This document shows, piece after piece, positions 47,498 to 57,461 of a stretch of 64,000 nt of DNA. Source of the DNA: Oceanicaulis sp. (GTDB lineage Bacteria; Pseudomonadota; Alphaproteobacteria; Caulobacterales; Maricaulaceae); assembly GCA_043513725.1 (NCBI GenBank), contig CP121338.1, forward strand, positions 2,668,838-2,732,837. Reading direction: 5' to 3'. The notes under the pieces were generated by a model. The model did not search any database and had not been told where the DNA came from. It saw nothing but the letters and a program-made list of their open reading frames with translations. Within the stretch, counting starts at the first letter, position 1. Each line of letters opens with the position of its first letter. A program made the position numbers and the translations under genes.

Positions 47498-48472
47498 TTA
47501 CTGCGTCACCGCGCAATATTGCTCGGTGGTGACGGTGCCGAGATAGTCGACCGTGGTGCCGGCCGGGATGACGTATTCGCTCTCGCCGACCTCTTCATAG
47601 CCGATGGTGCCGTCTGCGCGCTGCGTGCCGGGTCCCCAGTCAAAGGTGTAACCCAGTGATGTCCACGGATAGGGGACCGGCTGGGCCGTCCCGTAGGACT
47701 GGTAGTAGTGGCTGTAGAAAAATTCCTGATGGGCCTGACAGTCTTCGTCGCAGTCCTTCGGAAAGCCGACATTGCAGCTTTGCGTGTTTGTGGCCGGATC
47801 ACCGCAGGGGCGGAAGATGGCCTCGCCGCCTTCGGTCGGTGAAAGCTGGAACTGGACAAAATGGGTTTTTGACGCGCTCGGCGGCAGGCCGAGGCGCTGT
47901 TCAAGCCGGACCACCAGGGCCTCGGGATCATCGCTGACCTCTGAGCGGTATTGCCGGCAGAAATCCTGCAAATGCGGAGCCAGCGTGACCCAGGTGTCGC
48001 CGGGTATGTCGTAGGGGCCGGGGGCGGACGGGTAGCGGTTGACCTGATCGGCGCGGATCCAGGTGATCATGGTGTAGGCACCGGACTGGGGCAGGGGATC
48101 CAGACTGTCGACCACCTCAAACGGCTCGGCCATGGCCGCGTCATCGACTGCATCCAGATAGCGGTCATAGCGACGGCGCAGTGTGTTGGCTTCTTCCGTG
48201 TTCGGGACGCAAACATTGTCGCCTACCGGCAGGTTGTTCATATCGCTGATAAAGCTGATCCCGTCCTCTCCGACGCGCGCATTGGTGGCGAGCATGATGG
48301 CGGTGCGAAAGCTGGTATCGCCGAACCAGAAATCGGACAGCTGTGTCAGCGTGGTTTCCGGGTCGATGGTCACGACGGCTCGGCAGGCATTGGGCGTGGG
48401 CTGGGCGCTGCAGGCGGCCGTGACAACCAGTGCCAAAAGACTGGTCGTTGCCAGTGTGCGTGCGGATTTCAT
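47498..48472 (-). CDS. hypothetical lipoprotein, Cys-rich
   Basis: 324 aa with lipobox ..LVVTAAC and multiple Cys pairs. No recognised domain. Confidence 0.6.
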   Translation of the reverse strand: MKSARTLATTSLLALVVTAACSAQPTPNACRAVVTIDPETTLTQLSDFWFGDTSFRTAIMLATNARVGEDGISFISDMNNLPVGDNVCVPNTEEANTLRRRYDRYLDAVDDAAMAEPFEVVDSLDPLPQSGAYTMITWIRADQVNRYPSAPGPYDIPGDTWVTLAPHLQDFCRQYRSEVSDDPEALVVRLEQRLGLPPSASKTHFVQFQLSPTEGGEAIFRPCGDPATNTQSCNVGFPKDCDEDCQAHQEFFYSHYYQSYGTAQPVPYPWTSLGYTFDWGPGTQRADGTIGYEEVGESEYVIPAGTTVDYLGTVTTEQYCAVTQ

Positions 48473-48658
48473 GGTGTGCGTCCCTGTGATGTCCCTCGCG
48501 CGGGTGCGCGATCCTGCGTCACGTTAACCCAAGGATGTGTCTTACACACGCCATATCTGAGCGCCATTTGAGCGCAGGGGCTGAGGCCGAGCCATGGCCT
48601 TGGGCGCGGGGGCGGACTAAGTGTGTGGGTCAGGCCCACGCAAACTGCGAGACCGTCC

Positions 48659-50203
48659 ATGAAAGAACCCCGCCGCCGCGCCAAGCTGCTCGTTCGCAAC
48701 GCTACACGCGATGATGTGAAGGCGATCCTCGAGCTTCAGGACCGCTCCTATCCGAATATGGAGCCGGACACGCCGGCCATGATCCGCGGCCAGATCGCCA
48801 ACTTCCCTGAGGGGCAGTTCGTGGTGGAGTATGAAGGCGATATCGTGGGCTGGTGTGCCAGCTTCATCATCGACGAGGCCGCTGCCTTCGCGCCCCATGA
48901 CTGGGCGGGGATTACCGGGGCCGGCTTTGCGGCCCGTCACGATCCCGATGGTGACTGGTTGTACGGCATGGAGGTCGCGGTTGATCCATCTCGCCGCCGC
49001 CTGCGCATCGGCCAGCGCCTTTATGATGCGCGCAAGTCGCTGTGCGAGGAGTTTGGCCTGAAAGGTGTGGTGTTTGGCGGGCGCCTGCCCGGCTATCGGC
49101 GCAAGCGCAAGCTCTACCCCACGCCGCAGGACTATCTCGACGCGGTGGCCGAGGGCGAGGTCAAGGATCCGGTGCTGAACTTCCAGATGCGCGCGGGGTT
49201 TGAACCGGCTGGCATCCTGAAGGGCTACATGCCCGAGGACCAGGACAGCGGTGGAGCGGCAGCGCGCATGGTCTGGCGCAATTCCAGCTTTGTCGAAGCG
49301 CGCCTGCCCCATCAGCGCCCGGCCAAGACCACGGTCCGGGTCGCGGCGATCCAGATGGCCATGCGCGCGGTGGACTCGGTGGAGGAATTTGAGCGCAATG
49401 TCGAATACTTCACCGAGGTGTGTTCAGAGTATCGCGCCGATTTCTGTGTCTTCCCGGAGATGTTCACCGTGTCGCTGCTGGCGCTGGAAAAACGCAAGCT
49501 GAGCCCGGAGGAGAGCATCGAGGCGCTCTCGCGCCAAACGCCGCGCTTCCTGGAGCTGATGAGCGCGCTGGCCGTGCGCTACAACATCAACATTGTTGGC
49601 GGCTCCCACCCCACGCGTACCGATGACGGGGACATTCAGAATGTCGCCTACATCTTCCTGCGCGATGGCTCGGTCCATGCTCAAGAGAAGATCCACCCAA
49701 CGCCGAACGAGCGCTACTGGTGGAATATCAAGGGCGGCGATTTCGTCCACGCCATCCAGACCGATTGCGGCCCGGTCGGCGTGCTGATCTGTTATGATAC
49801 CGAGTTTCCAGAGCTTGCCCGGCGCCTCGCTGACGAGGGCGCGAAGATCATCTTCGCCCCTTACGCCACCGACGACCGGACCGGGCATTTGCGGGTGCGC
49901 TATTGCTCCCACGCCCGCGCGGTGGAAAACCAGATGTATGTCGTGACGGCGGGCAATGTCGGCAACCTGCCCGGCGTTGAAAACATGGATATCAACTACG
50001 CCCAGAGCGCTGTGATCACGCCGTGTGATTTCCCGTTTGCGCGCGATGGCATTGCCGCTGAAGCCAGCGAGAACGTGGAGACGATTGCGGTCGCCGACCT
50101 GCATATCGACGACCTGACCGAGGCGCGGCGCTCCGGCTCGGTCCGCAATCTGCGCGACCGCCGCTTCGATCTCTATCGCATTGTCTGGACCGACAGGGCT
50201 TAA
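48659..50203 (+). CDS. bifunctional GNAT N-acetyltransferase / carbon-nitrogen hydrolase (nitrilase superfamily) fusion protein
   Basis: The N-terminal GNAT domain has ..EVAVDPSRRRLRIGQRLY... The C-terminal CN-hydrolase has ..FPEMF.. (Glu), ..KIHPTPNE.. (Lys) and ..GVLICYDTEFPE.. (Cys). Confidence 0.85.
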   Translation: MKEPRRRAKLLVRNATRDDVKAILELQDRSYPNMEPDTPAMIRGQIANFPEGQFVVEYEGDIVGWCASFIIDEAAAFAPHDWAGITGAGFAARHDPDGDWLYGMEVAVDPSRRRLRIGQRLYDARKSLCEEFGLKGVVFGGRLPGYRRKRKLYPTPQDYLDAVAEGEVKDPVLNFQMRAGFEPAGILKGYMPEDQDSGGAAARMVWRNSSFVEARLPHQRPAKTTVRVAAIQMAMRAVDSVEEFERNVEYFTEVCSEYRADFCVFPEMFTVSLLALEKRKLSPEESIEALSRQTPRFLELMSALAVRYNINIVGGSHPTRTDDGDIQNVAYIFLRDGSVHAQEKIHPTPNERYWWNIKGGDFVHAIQTDCGPVGVLICYDTEFPELARRLADEGAKIIFAPYATDDRTGHLRVRYCSHARAVENQMYVVTAGNVGNLPGVENMDINYAQSAVITPCDFPFARDGIAAEASENVETIAVADLHIDDLTEARRSGSVRNLRDRRFDLYRIVWTDRA

Positions 50204-50214
50204 CCCCTAGAGGC

Positions 50215-50733
50215 TCAGTTTGCCGCGTCTCGAGTGTCGCCCACCAGGTTGATCGCCCAGCCATCGCCCAGCGTGACCAGTGTGTCGTCCGAGACGGCGC
50301 GGGGGCTGTCATAGCGAGGGATGCCGTTGTGATAGACCTGAATGGCGCTCTCACCGGAAGAAAGCGGATCACCAAGCACGAGCGTGGTCGGCCACCCAAG
50401 TGTGTCGTCCATGTAGTAATTGGCCGTGTTGAAGTCGAAATGCACCGAGGGGCTGTCCCCATAATAGACGAGCGCGGTGTCGAAATTGCCTCCGGCGCTG
50501 GTCAATTCGGCGACAAAGGACTCAACGCATTCAACCGGGTAGTCGCGCATTATGGCCGTCGGCGCTGTAAAGGTCGAGCCGTTATAGGATGCGTCGGCCT
50601 GGACCAGGGTTTCGGCTTCAGGCCCGCTCCCGGATGGACATGGGGCGTCTTTTTGCGCCTGAGCCGAGGATGGCAGGCCAGCAACCAGGCCCAGTGCAAC
50701 ACAAAGACCAGTCAGTTTTGTCAAATGGATCAT
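50215..50733 (-). CDS. hypothetical secreted protein
   Basis: 172 aa from the ATG at 50731-50733 (AGGAGA upstream). Clear signal peptide MIHLTKLTGLCVALGLVAGLPSSAQA. The longer track ORF (to 50979) overlaps the upstream gene. Confidence 0.55.
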   Translation of the reverse strand: MIHLTKLTGLCVALGLVAGLPSSAQAQKDAPCPSGSGPEAETLVQADASYNGSTFTAPTAIMRDYPVECVESFVAELTSAGGNFDTALVYYGDSPSVHFDFNTANYYMDDTLGWPTTLVLGDPLSSGESAIQVYHNGIPRYDSPRAVSDDTLVTLGDGWAINLVGDTRDAAN

Positions 50734-50761
50734 CGAAGTCTCCTGTATCGGAAATAGCGCG

Positions 50762-51490
50762 CTATTGACCGCTGATGCTGCGCAAGCGGCGCGCCTCGTC
50801 GACATAACCAAAGGCCAGCGAAATCGAGGGGTTGCGCATGAACTCAGCGCCGGTTGAGCGCTGAACCCACTGATAGTCGATCGTGTCAAAGTCCTCGTGG
50901 ATATAGCCGCGCAAAACGGCGCGATAGGCAGCGAGCGTTTCAGCGTCGGCTCCGGACGCTTCGGCCTGCCAATAGGCAAAGTCGACCTCTTCCCACCAGT
51001 TCATGTCTCCACGACCTCGGTCCGAGGCCAGCAGCAGAGACGCGTGGGGCCCGTTGTTCGCTCGATTTAAAAGGACCCAGCGCAGATAGGGCCGGGAAAA
51101 GGTCAGCCCCTGATCGCGGACATTTGCCGGATCATAGTGAGGCTGCATGCTGCCACGCTCAATCAGGATTTCACGGGCCAGGGCTTCAAACTCATCTTGC
51201 GGCAGGTCAGCCCAGGCTTGAATGGTACGGAAGCTGTCCCGCTCAGCCTCGATGGAGGCGAGAACTTCAGGGCCTCGACCAATAATCCGCAGATAGTCCA
51301 GCCAAAGGGCAAAGTCCTGCTCAATCGTATCGGCAGTCAGCTCGCCACGCTCAATGCTGTTTCGGAAGGCGCGCAAGGACGAGCGGCTGAGTGTGTCGCG
51401 AATATCTTCAATGCGCGCCTCATCGGCAGCCTGTGCCGGCTGGCCTGCGTCTGTGAGAAGCAGGCTGAGCGCTGTGGCGAGTTCAATCAT
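50762..51490 (-). CDS. hypothetical protein
   Basis: 242 aa from the ATG at 51488-51490 (AGGAG 8 nt upstream). N-terminal hydrophobic stretch ending AQAA. No recognised domain. Confidence 0.55.
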   Translation of the reverse strand: MIELATALSLLLTDAGQPAQAADEARIEDIRDTLSRSSLRAFRNSIERGELTADTIEQDFALWLDYLRIIGRGPEVLASIEAERDSFRTIQAWADLPQDEFEALAREILIERGSMQPHYDPANVRDQGLTFSRPYLRWVLLNRANNGPHASLLLASDRGRGDMNWWEEVDFAYWQAEASGADAETLAAYRAVLRGYIHEDFDTIDYQWVQRSTGAEFMRNPSISLAFGYVDEARRLRSISGQ

Positions 51491-51536
51491 CAACCATGCT
51501 CCTGTGTTTTAGTGTCGGTGTGGCTCTGTGGCGCGA

Positions 51537-52046
51537 TCAGGAGCCGGACTCATAGAGGATCACACCTGAATCCTGTTCAGGATCAAACCACGCACATGCT
51601 GACCCGAAATCGTAGGAATGAAAGCAGACCAAGGGGCCGCCGGTTTCCACCGCGCGGTCATACAGCGCGTAGTCATCAATGTAGAAATAGGGCAGCGGCG
51701 GGATGTCCTCTCCGACAGGAAGCCCGCTTGCGTCGCTGGCATAGCCCCACAGGGCTTCATCAAACGCCTGTTCGGCAAACTCGATGTAATCGCTTGGTGA
51801 GAACGCACATTCCAGCTCGGGCTCATAGGTGAATAGCGACCGTCCGCCTTCATCCAGAATTTCCAGCGTTATCTGATCACACGCCTCGCCGGTTACCCGA
51901 GCCACGAAAGTGTCGTTGACCTCCGTTGACGTAAAAGCGACCTCTTGGCGAAACTCAACAGGGCAATTTCCAGAGTATGCGTCAGTCGATGAAAGGCTGG
52001 GATTGGCGCTCAAAAACAGGATGCCAAGTGCAAGTATAAAGTCCAA
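51537..52046 (-). CDS. hypothetical protein, probably exported
   Basis: 169 aa with a TTG start, a hydrophobic N-terminus (FILALGILFLSA) and six Cys. No recognised domain. Confidence 0.5.
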   Translation of the reverse strand: MDFILALGILFLSANPSLSSTDAYSGNCPVEFRQEVAFTSTEVNDTFVARVTGEACDQITLEILDEGGRSLFTYEPELECAFSPSDYIEFAEQAFDEALWGYASDASGLPVGEDIPPLPYFYIDDYALYDRAVETGGPLVCFHSYDFGSACAWFDPEQDSGVILYESGS

Positions 52047-52131
52047 AATTGCCGTCCCGAGCCTTTAACAGCCCTGTATCAATGACCCACCTGAGTTTAA
52101 CGTTAGCCTCGTTATTGGGGAAGGACCAGCC

Positions 52132-52353
52132 ATGCTTCAACGATTTCTATTCGCCTGGGCAAAAGCATTTGGGGTCGTGATCATCTTATTTGTCGGTTTG
52201 GGGGTGATGTTCAAATTTACCAATCCGGAACTGACTGTGGGTCAACTCGTCAGCGGTTTCCTGACCAATCCAGTGGTCTGGGGCATGGTCGCAGTATTTA
52301 CGCTTGGCGGCGGGCTGATCGGGATGAATGGCAAGCCTGACCGGAGCGACTAG
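52132..52353 (+). CDS. hypothetical small two-TM membrane protein
   Basis: 73 aa with GGAAGGA 6 nt upstream of the ATG and two hydrophobic helices. Confidence 0.5.
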   Translation: MLQRFLFAWAKAFGVVIILFVGLGVMFKFTNPELTVGQLVSGFLTNPVVWGMVAVFTLGGGLIGMNGKPDRSD

Positions 52354-53309
52354 ATCCAGCCTCGGCGTTTGAACATCCAGACAAGGGCACCGGCTATGCC
52401 GAGGCAGGCGGCGCACACGATCCAGAAGGCCAGTGACCAGTCAGCACCGGGCATGCCGCCGACATTGATCCCCAGAAGGCCGGTCAAAAAGCCGAGCGGC
52501 AGGAAGATTGCGGCGACCACCGAGAGCACCAGCATCGTGGTGTTCATCTCTTCCGCGCGTTTGTCGGTCAGCTGATCGTTCAGGATCGCACTGCGGTCGC
52601 GGACCGCATCGAGCTCTTCAACGAGGCGCAGGACCTGGTCGCCGGTCTCGCGCAGGCGGCCCTGGGCGGCGGCATCAATCTGGCTGAAGCCGCCGGTGGC
52701 GAGCCTCCAGAGGGCGTCCTTCTGCGGAGCCACATAACGGCGTAGCGCGATGGTCGTGCGCCGGATGTCCGCGATCTGACCACGCAGACCAGTGGTCTGG
52801 TCGACGCTGACCTCTTCCAGCTCATCAATTCGATCTGAAAGATCAGACACCACAGGGTCCATCCGGTCGGTGAGACCTGCGCCGAGCTGCGCCACAAAGG
52901 CTCCGGGGCTGACCGGTGCGTTTCCCGCCTCCATCTGCGTGTTAAGCGCGGTGACTGCCATGAGCTTTCGGATGCGCGTGGAGATGACGAGATCGTCCTG
53001 CACCCAAAGCCGGATGGAGACCATGTCTTCCGGCTCGCTTTCCGGGTTCAGATTGACCCCGCGCAGGATGACGATCAGGCCTTTTTCGTGGGGTGTGCAG
53101 CGCGGCCGCGTATCTTCCCGGATCAGTGCTTCAGCGACGATGGGATCCACTGTCTCGGCGATCCAGTCGGCGACGCCGTCAGCGTTCAAGTCGAAGTGTA
53201 GCCAGCGATAGGCCCGTCCCCTGGTGGGCGATGCATCCGGCGCATCGAGAGCCGTCGCCGTACCATCAGCGGCAATGTCATAGGCGTAGAGCGTAGCCGG
53301 TGTGGTCAT
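52350..53309 (-). CDS. zntB: CorA-superfamily zinc transporter ZntB-like
   Basis: 319 aa. ..YRWLHFDL.. at the N-terminus, then two C-terminal TM helices flanking GINVGGMPG. Confidence 0.8.
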   Translation of the reverse strand: MTTPATLYAYDIAADGTATALDAPDASPTRGRAYRWLHFDLNADGVADWIAETVDPIVAEALIREDTRPRCTPHEKGLIVILRGVNLNPESEPEDMVSIRLWVQDDLVISTRIRKLMAVTALNTQMEAGNAPVSPGAFVAQLGAGLTDRMDPVVSDLSDRIDELEEVSVDQTTGLRGQIADIRRTTIALRRYVAPQKDALWRLATGGFSQIDAAAQGRLRETGDQVLRLVEELDAVRDRSAILNDQLTDKRAEEMNTTMLVLSVVAAIFLPLGFLTGLLGINVGGMPGADWSLAFWIVCAACLGIAGALVWMFKRRGWI

Positions 53310-53342
53310 GGGGGTGTCCTGAAACCGTCGAGTCGCGACAGC

Positions 53343-54425
53343 TTACACGGTCTCTACGCCATCAAAGAGCGGATCGGTTTCCACCGCGTCATCCAGCCAG
53401 TCGATGGCATCTTCGGCGTCGACTGTGCTTTTGACCCGCGCGATGTGGAACAGGGCATCGCCGCGATTGACGACGGGCAGGTTGGAGCGACCGATCACGA
53501 TACCGGACCGCTTGGCGAGTACCGTATCGGTATGCTCACCCATGGGGTCTGAAATCTCCGCGATGATCTCATTGGCCCGGACCCGGTCGCCGAGGCCCTT
53601 GCGAGCCCGCATCACGCCCGCAAAGGGGGCGCGAAGCCAGTGGCTGGAGTCAGACCGGATCGGCTCATAATCCGACTTGGCCTTGGATTTCCGCAGCATG
53701 CCGATATGACGCATGACGTTCAGCACGCCGCGCACTCCGATACGGATGGCGTTTTCGTCAAAGCGCAGGGCTTCGCCAGCCTCGAAGAGGAGAATATTGC
53801 AGCCGACGTCCTGGGCGGCTTCTCGCAGGGATCCGTCGCGCAGGTTTGAATTCAGCATGATCGAGGCCCCGAAGGCCCTGGCCATGTCTGCGACGGTCTC
53901 GTTATCCAGATCAGCGCGGATCTGCGGCAGGTTCGCCCGGTGGATCGCACCGGTATGAAGGTCGATGCCGTAATTACACTTCGCGACGATCTCGCTCATA
54001 AAGGTGTGAGCGAGCTGTCCGGCGAGCGAGCCATGCTCGCTGCCCGGGAAGCTGCGGTTCAGATCCCGGCGATCGGGCAGGTAGCGCGACAGGGCAACGA
54101 AGCCGTAGGCGTTGACCACGGGCACCAGGATGAGCGTGCCCTTGAGCCGCGCGATGGCTTTGACCTCTTTGAGGCGGCGCACGATCTCCACGCCGATGAT
54201 CTCGTCGCCGTGGATTGCGCCGCTGACAAACAAGACCGGCCCGGGTTGACGGCCATGGATCACATGGGTCGTCAGGCTCATCGGTGTGTGGTCCGACAAA
54301 AAGCTGATTTCCAGCTTGATCGTTTGGCGTGTTCCCGCTGGCACCTCGGTATCACCGAGGATGAAGGGATCTCGACGGGGCGAGCGTTTCGAGGCGCGCG
54401 AGGGCGTCTTCATTAATGAGGCCAC
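53343..54425 (-). CDS. succinylglutamate desuccinylase/aspartoacylase (AstE/AspA, M14-like) family protein
   Basis: 360 aa. Zinc-site pattern ..GAIHGDEIIG.. and ..DLHTG.., with a C-terminal beta-domain. Directly downstream of rimK. Confidence 0.85.
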   Translation of the reverse strand: MASLMKTPSRASKRSPRRDPFILGDTEVPAGTRQTIKLEISFLSDHTPMSLTTHVIHGRQPGPVLFVSGAIHGDEIIGVEIVRRLKEVKAIARLKGTLILVPVVNAYGFVALSRYLPDRRDLNRSFPGSEHGSLAGQLAHTFMSEIVAKCNYGIDLHTGAIHRANLPQIRADLDNETVADMARAFGASIMLNSNLRDGSLREAAQDVGCNILLFEAGEALRFDENAIRIGVRGVLNVMRHIGMLRKSKAKSDYEPIRSDSSHWLRAPFAGVMRARKGLGDRVRANEIIAEISDPMGEHTDTVLAKRSGIVIGRSNLPVVNRGDALFHIARVKSTVDAEDAIDWLDDAVETDPLFDGVETV

Positions 54426-54466
54426 TTTCTCAACGGGCCTGTTGCCCGGTCAAGGACGGGAATAGA

Positions 54467-55372
<906 letters not shown>

Positions 55373-55402
55373 GAAACAGGCCTTTGGGTGCTTGAACGAG
55401 GG

Positions 55403-55876
55403 TCAGGGTGCCGGGTGGCGCTTGGGTGTAAAGCTTGGATCGCCGGCCAGGAATGACTGGCCGGGGTGGACGCAGATGTGATGGGTGCGAAGTGCGGTGC
55501 GTCCCAGGATCAGATCAAACGCCATCTGCTCCCGGTCGGTCAGGGTGACTTCAATAGCCCAGTGACGCTTGCCCAGCACAAGGGTGGTCTTGATCACGCA
55601 GCGCGTTTCAGGAACACCGCTGGTGTTTTTCACGTCGCGCTGTTCAACGAGCGGCAGGGTGTGCAGCGCGCCGCGCTTGCCGTTCGGTTTGAAGGTGTAG
55701 AACTCAACGAAGTCCTTGCCGTCCTTCTCAAAGACCCGTTCCACATGGGCGTGAAGCGCAGATGTCCGCGCGCCGGTATCGACCTTGGCCTTCAGGGAAG
55801 AAAAACCAAGATCGGGCAGGCCGACGGTTTCACGCCAACCGACCATCAGGTCATTGGCTTTTGCTGGCACGGACAT
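55403..55876 (-). CDS. retropepsin-like / ATP-dependent zinc protease family protein (DUF785, COG4067)
   Basis: 157 aa from the ATG at 55876. ..VGWRE.VGLPDLG...LKAKVDTGARTSALHA... Typical upstream partner of rimK. Confidence 0.8.
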   Translation of the reverse strand: MSVPAKANDLMVGWRETVGLPDLGFSSLKAKVDTGARTSALHAHVERVFEKDGKDFVEFYTFKPNGKRGALHTLPLVEQRDVKNTSGVPETRCVIKTTLVLGKRHWAIEVTLTDREQMAFDLILGRTALRTHHICVHPGQSFLAGDPSFTPKRHPAP

Positions 55877-56056
55877 CCTCGTCGCCCCAATTGCTTGCCG
55901 TGGTCCGATACCACTGCGTAAATTTGATGCTAGCGATAAGTGCGCGCCGTTAAAAGCGACGCTCTGCGACATTCCCGCTCGCAAACTGTGTGGAGCCACA
56001 AAAGAAAAAGCCCTCCCGGTGAAGAGAGGGCTTGATCGTGGGCTCTGGAGAGCCGC

Positions 56057-57211
56057 CTAGCTGACGAGTTTCAACTCGTCAGTCGGCGCCTCCCAGGTCA
56101 GATGGTGGTCCTGAACCAAGGACATATTGTCTGCGGCAATGACGCGCGGCTTCACGTCATAGCCCAGAAGGTCTTCCGGCTTTTCACCAGGGTTTCGAGC
56201 CAGCAGGAGCACTTCGGCTGATGTGAAGTTGGTCATGCCGCGGGCCAGCTCTTCACCATCTTCGTCATAGACATGAAGGACGTCGCCCTTGGTGAACTCA
56301 CCCTGGATAGAGATGAGGTCGGTGCCTTCAATGCTGGTGCGCTTCTCACGCAGCTTGTCTGCCATGTCCTTGGTGACCGTCAGGCCGCCGGCGTGCTGCA
56401 GGCGATCAGTGAGCCAGATGCGCCACGAGCTGTCGGGGTCGCCATTGGCCACGCAGCGCGTGTGGCGCCGCGAACCATCAAGAACCGCGGTCATCGGGTT
56501 CTCGTTCTCACCCTTTGCGATCAGCGTCGTCACGCCCGCGTTCTGGGCCATGTTGGCCGCCTTCATCTTGGTGAGCATGCCGCCGGTACCCAGCGCGCTG
56601 ACCGAATCGGTCACATCGAGATAGCCCGACACATCTTCGACCACCGGGACATGCTTGGCCTCCGGGTCTTCCGGGTTGCGATCATAAAGGCCGTCCACGC
56701 TGGTCAGGATCATCAGATTGTCCGCCTGGATCATCTGGGCGACCTTGGCGGCAAGACGGTCATTGTCGCCCACCTTGATTTCCTGGGTGGTGACCGAGTC
56801 GTTCTCATTCACGATCGGCATCACACCATTCTCAAGAAGGCGCGTGATCGTATTCTTCACGTTCAGGAAGCGACGACGATCTTCCAGATCCTCAAGTGTG
56901 ACCAGCACCTGGGCGATATCAAAGCCGTATTCCAGGGCGATCTGCTTGTAGGCGTTCATCAGAAGCGGCTGGCCACAGGCGGCGGCCGCCTGCTTGTCGA
57001 GGATGCCTGCGGTTTCCGGTTCGGCGTCGATAACCGACATACCGATCGCGACCGAGCCAGACGAGGTCAGGATCACGTCCGTTCCCTCTTCCCTTAACTT
57101 GGCCACATCACTCAAGACCCCGTGCATGAAAGCGTAGCGCAAGGTGAGATGATCAGTGTTCGCCAATAAAGATGAACCGATCTTTAGCACTAGACGCTTA
57201 CGTTCTGACAA
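56057..57211 (-). CDS. proB: glutamate 5-kinase (with C-terminal PUA domain)
   Basis: ..RLVLKIGSSLL.., ..LTSSGSVAIG.., ..PIVNENDSV.. and a PUA tail. I prefer the TTG at 57209-57211 (GGAGG 5 nt upstream) over the TTG at 57221-57223. Confidence 0.9.
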   Translation of the reverse strand: MSERKRLVLKIGSSLLANTDHLTLRYAFMHGVLSDVAKLREEGTDVILTSSGSVAIGMSVIDAEPETAGILDKQAAAACGQPLLMNAYKQIALEYGFDIAQVLVTLEDLEDRRRFLNVKNTITRLLENGVMPIVNENDSVTTQEIKVGDNDRLAAKVAQMIQADNLMILTSVDGLYDRNPEDPEAKHVPVVEDVSGYLDVTDSVSALGTGGMLTKMKAANMAQNAGVTTLIAKGENENPMTAVLDGSRRHTRCVANGDPDSSWRIWLTDRLQHAGGLTVTKDMADKLREKRTSIEGTDLISIQGEFTKGDVLHVYDEDGEELARGMTNFTSAEVLLLARNPGEKPEDLLGYDVKPRVIAADNMSLVQDHHLTWEAPTDELKLVS

Positions 57212-57221
57212 AACTACCTCC

Positions 57222-57246
57222 AAAAAAAAGCGCCATAGATTGGCGC
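57222..57246 (-). promoter_or_regulatory. terminator-like hairpin plus U8 tract abutting the proB Shine-Dalgarno (candidate attenuator or sRNA 3' end)
   Basis: The minus strand reads GCGCCA-atcta-TGGCGC followed by TTTTTTTT and then immediately GGAGG. Confidence 0.4.
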
Positions 57247-57461
57247 GGGACGAGCGCAGACATAGACGATCAAAAATTTATTTCAAGTAAGTGACCTGCG
57301 TAGATGGTTTCGCAAATCCGAATCTGCGGCGAAATTTATTCAAACTTTCAAAAAACGGTTCAGCCAGCGGGTTGATTTTTCATGATCAGCATTCTATTTC
57401 CCCGCTCAAGCGCGTCGTCAGCAATGGCGGCGCACACTTGTATGAGCTTATAGGAGTACGC

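Noticed and set aside
56273-57097. 274-aa plus-strand ORF
   Set aside because: It is antisense to proB, so it is a shadow ORF.
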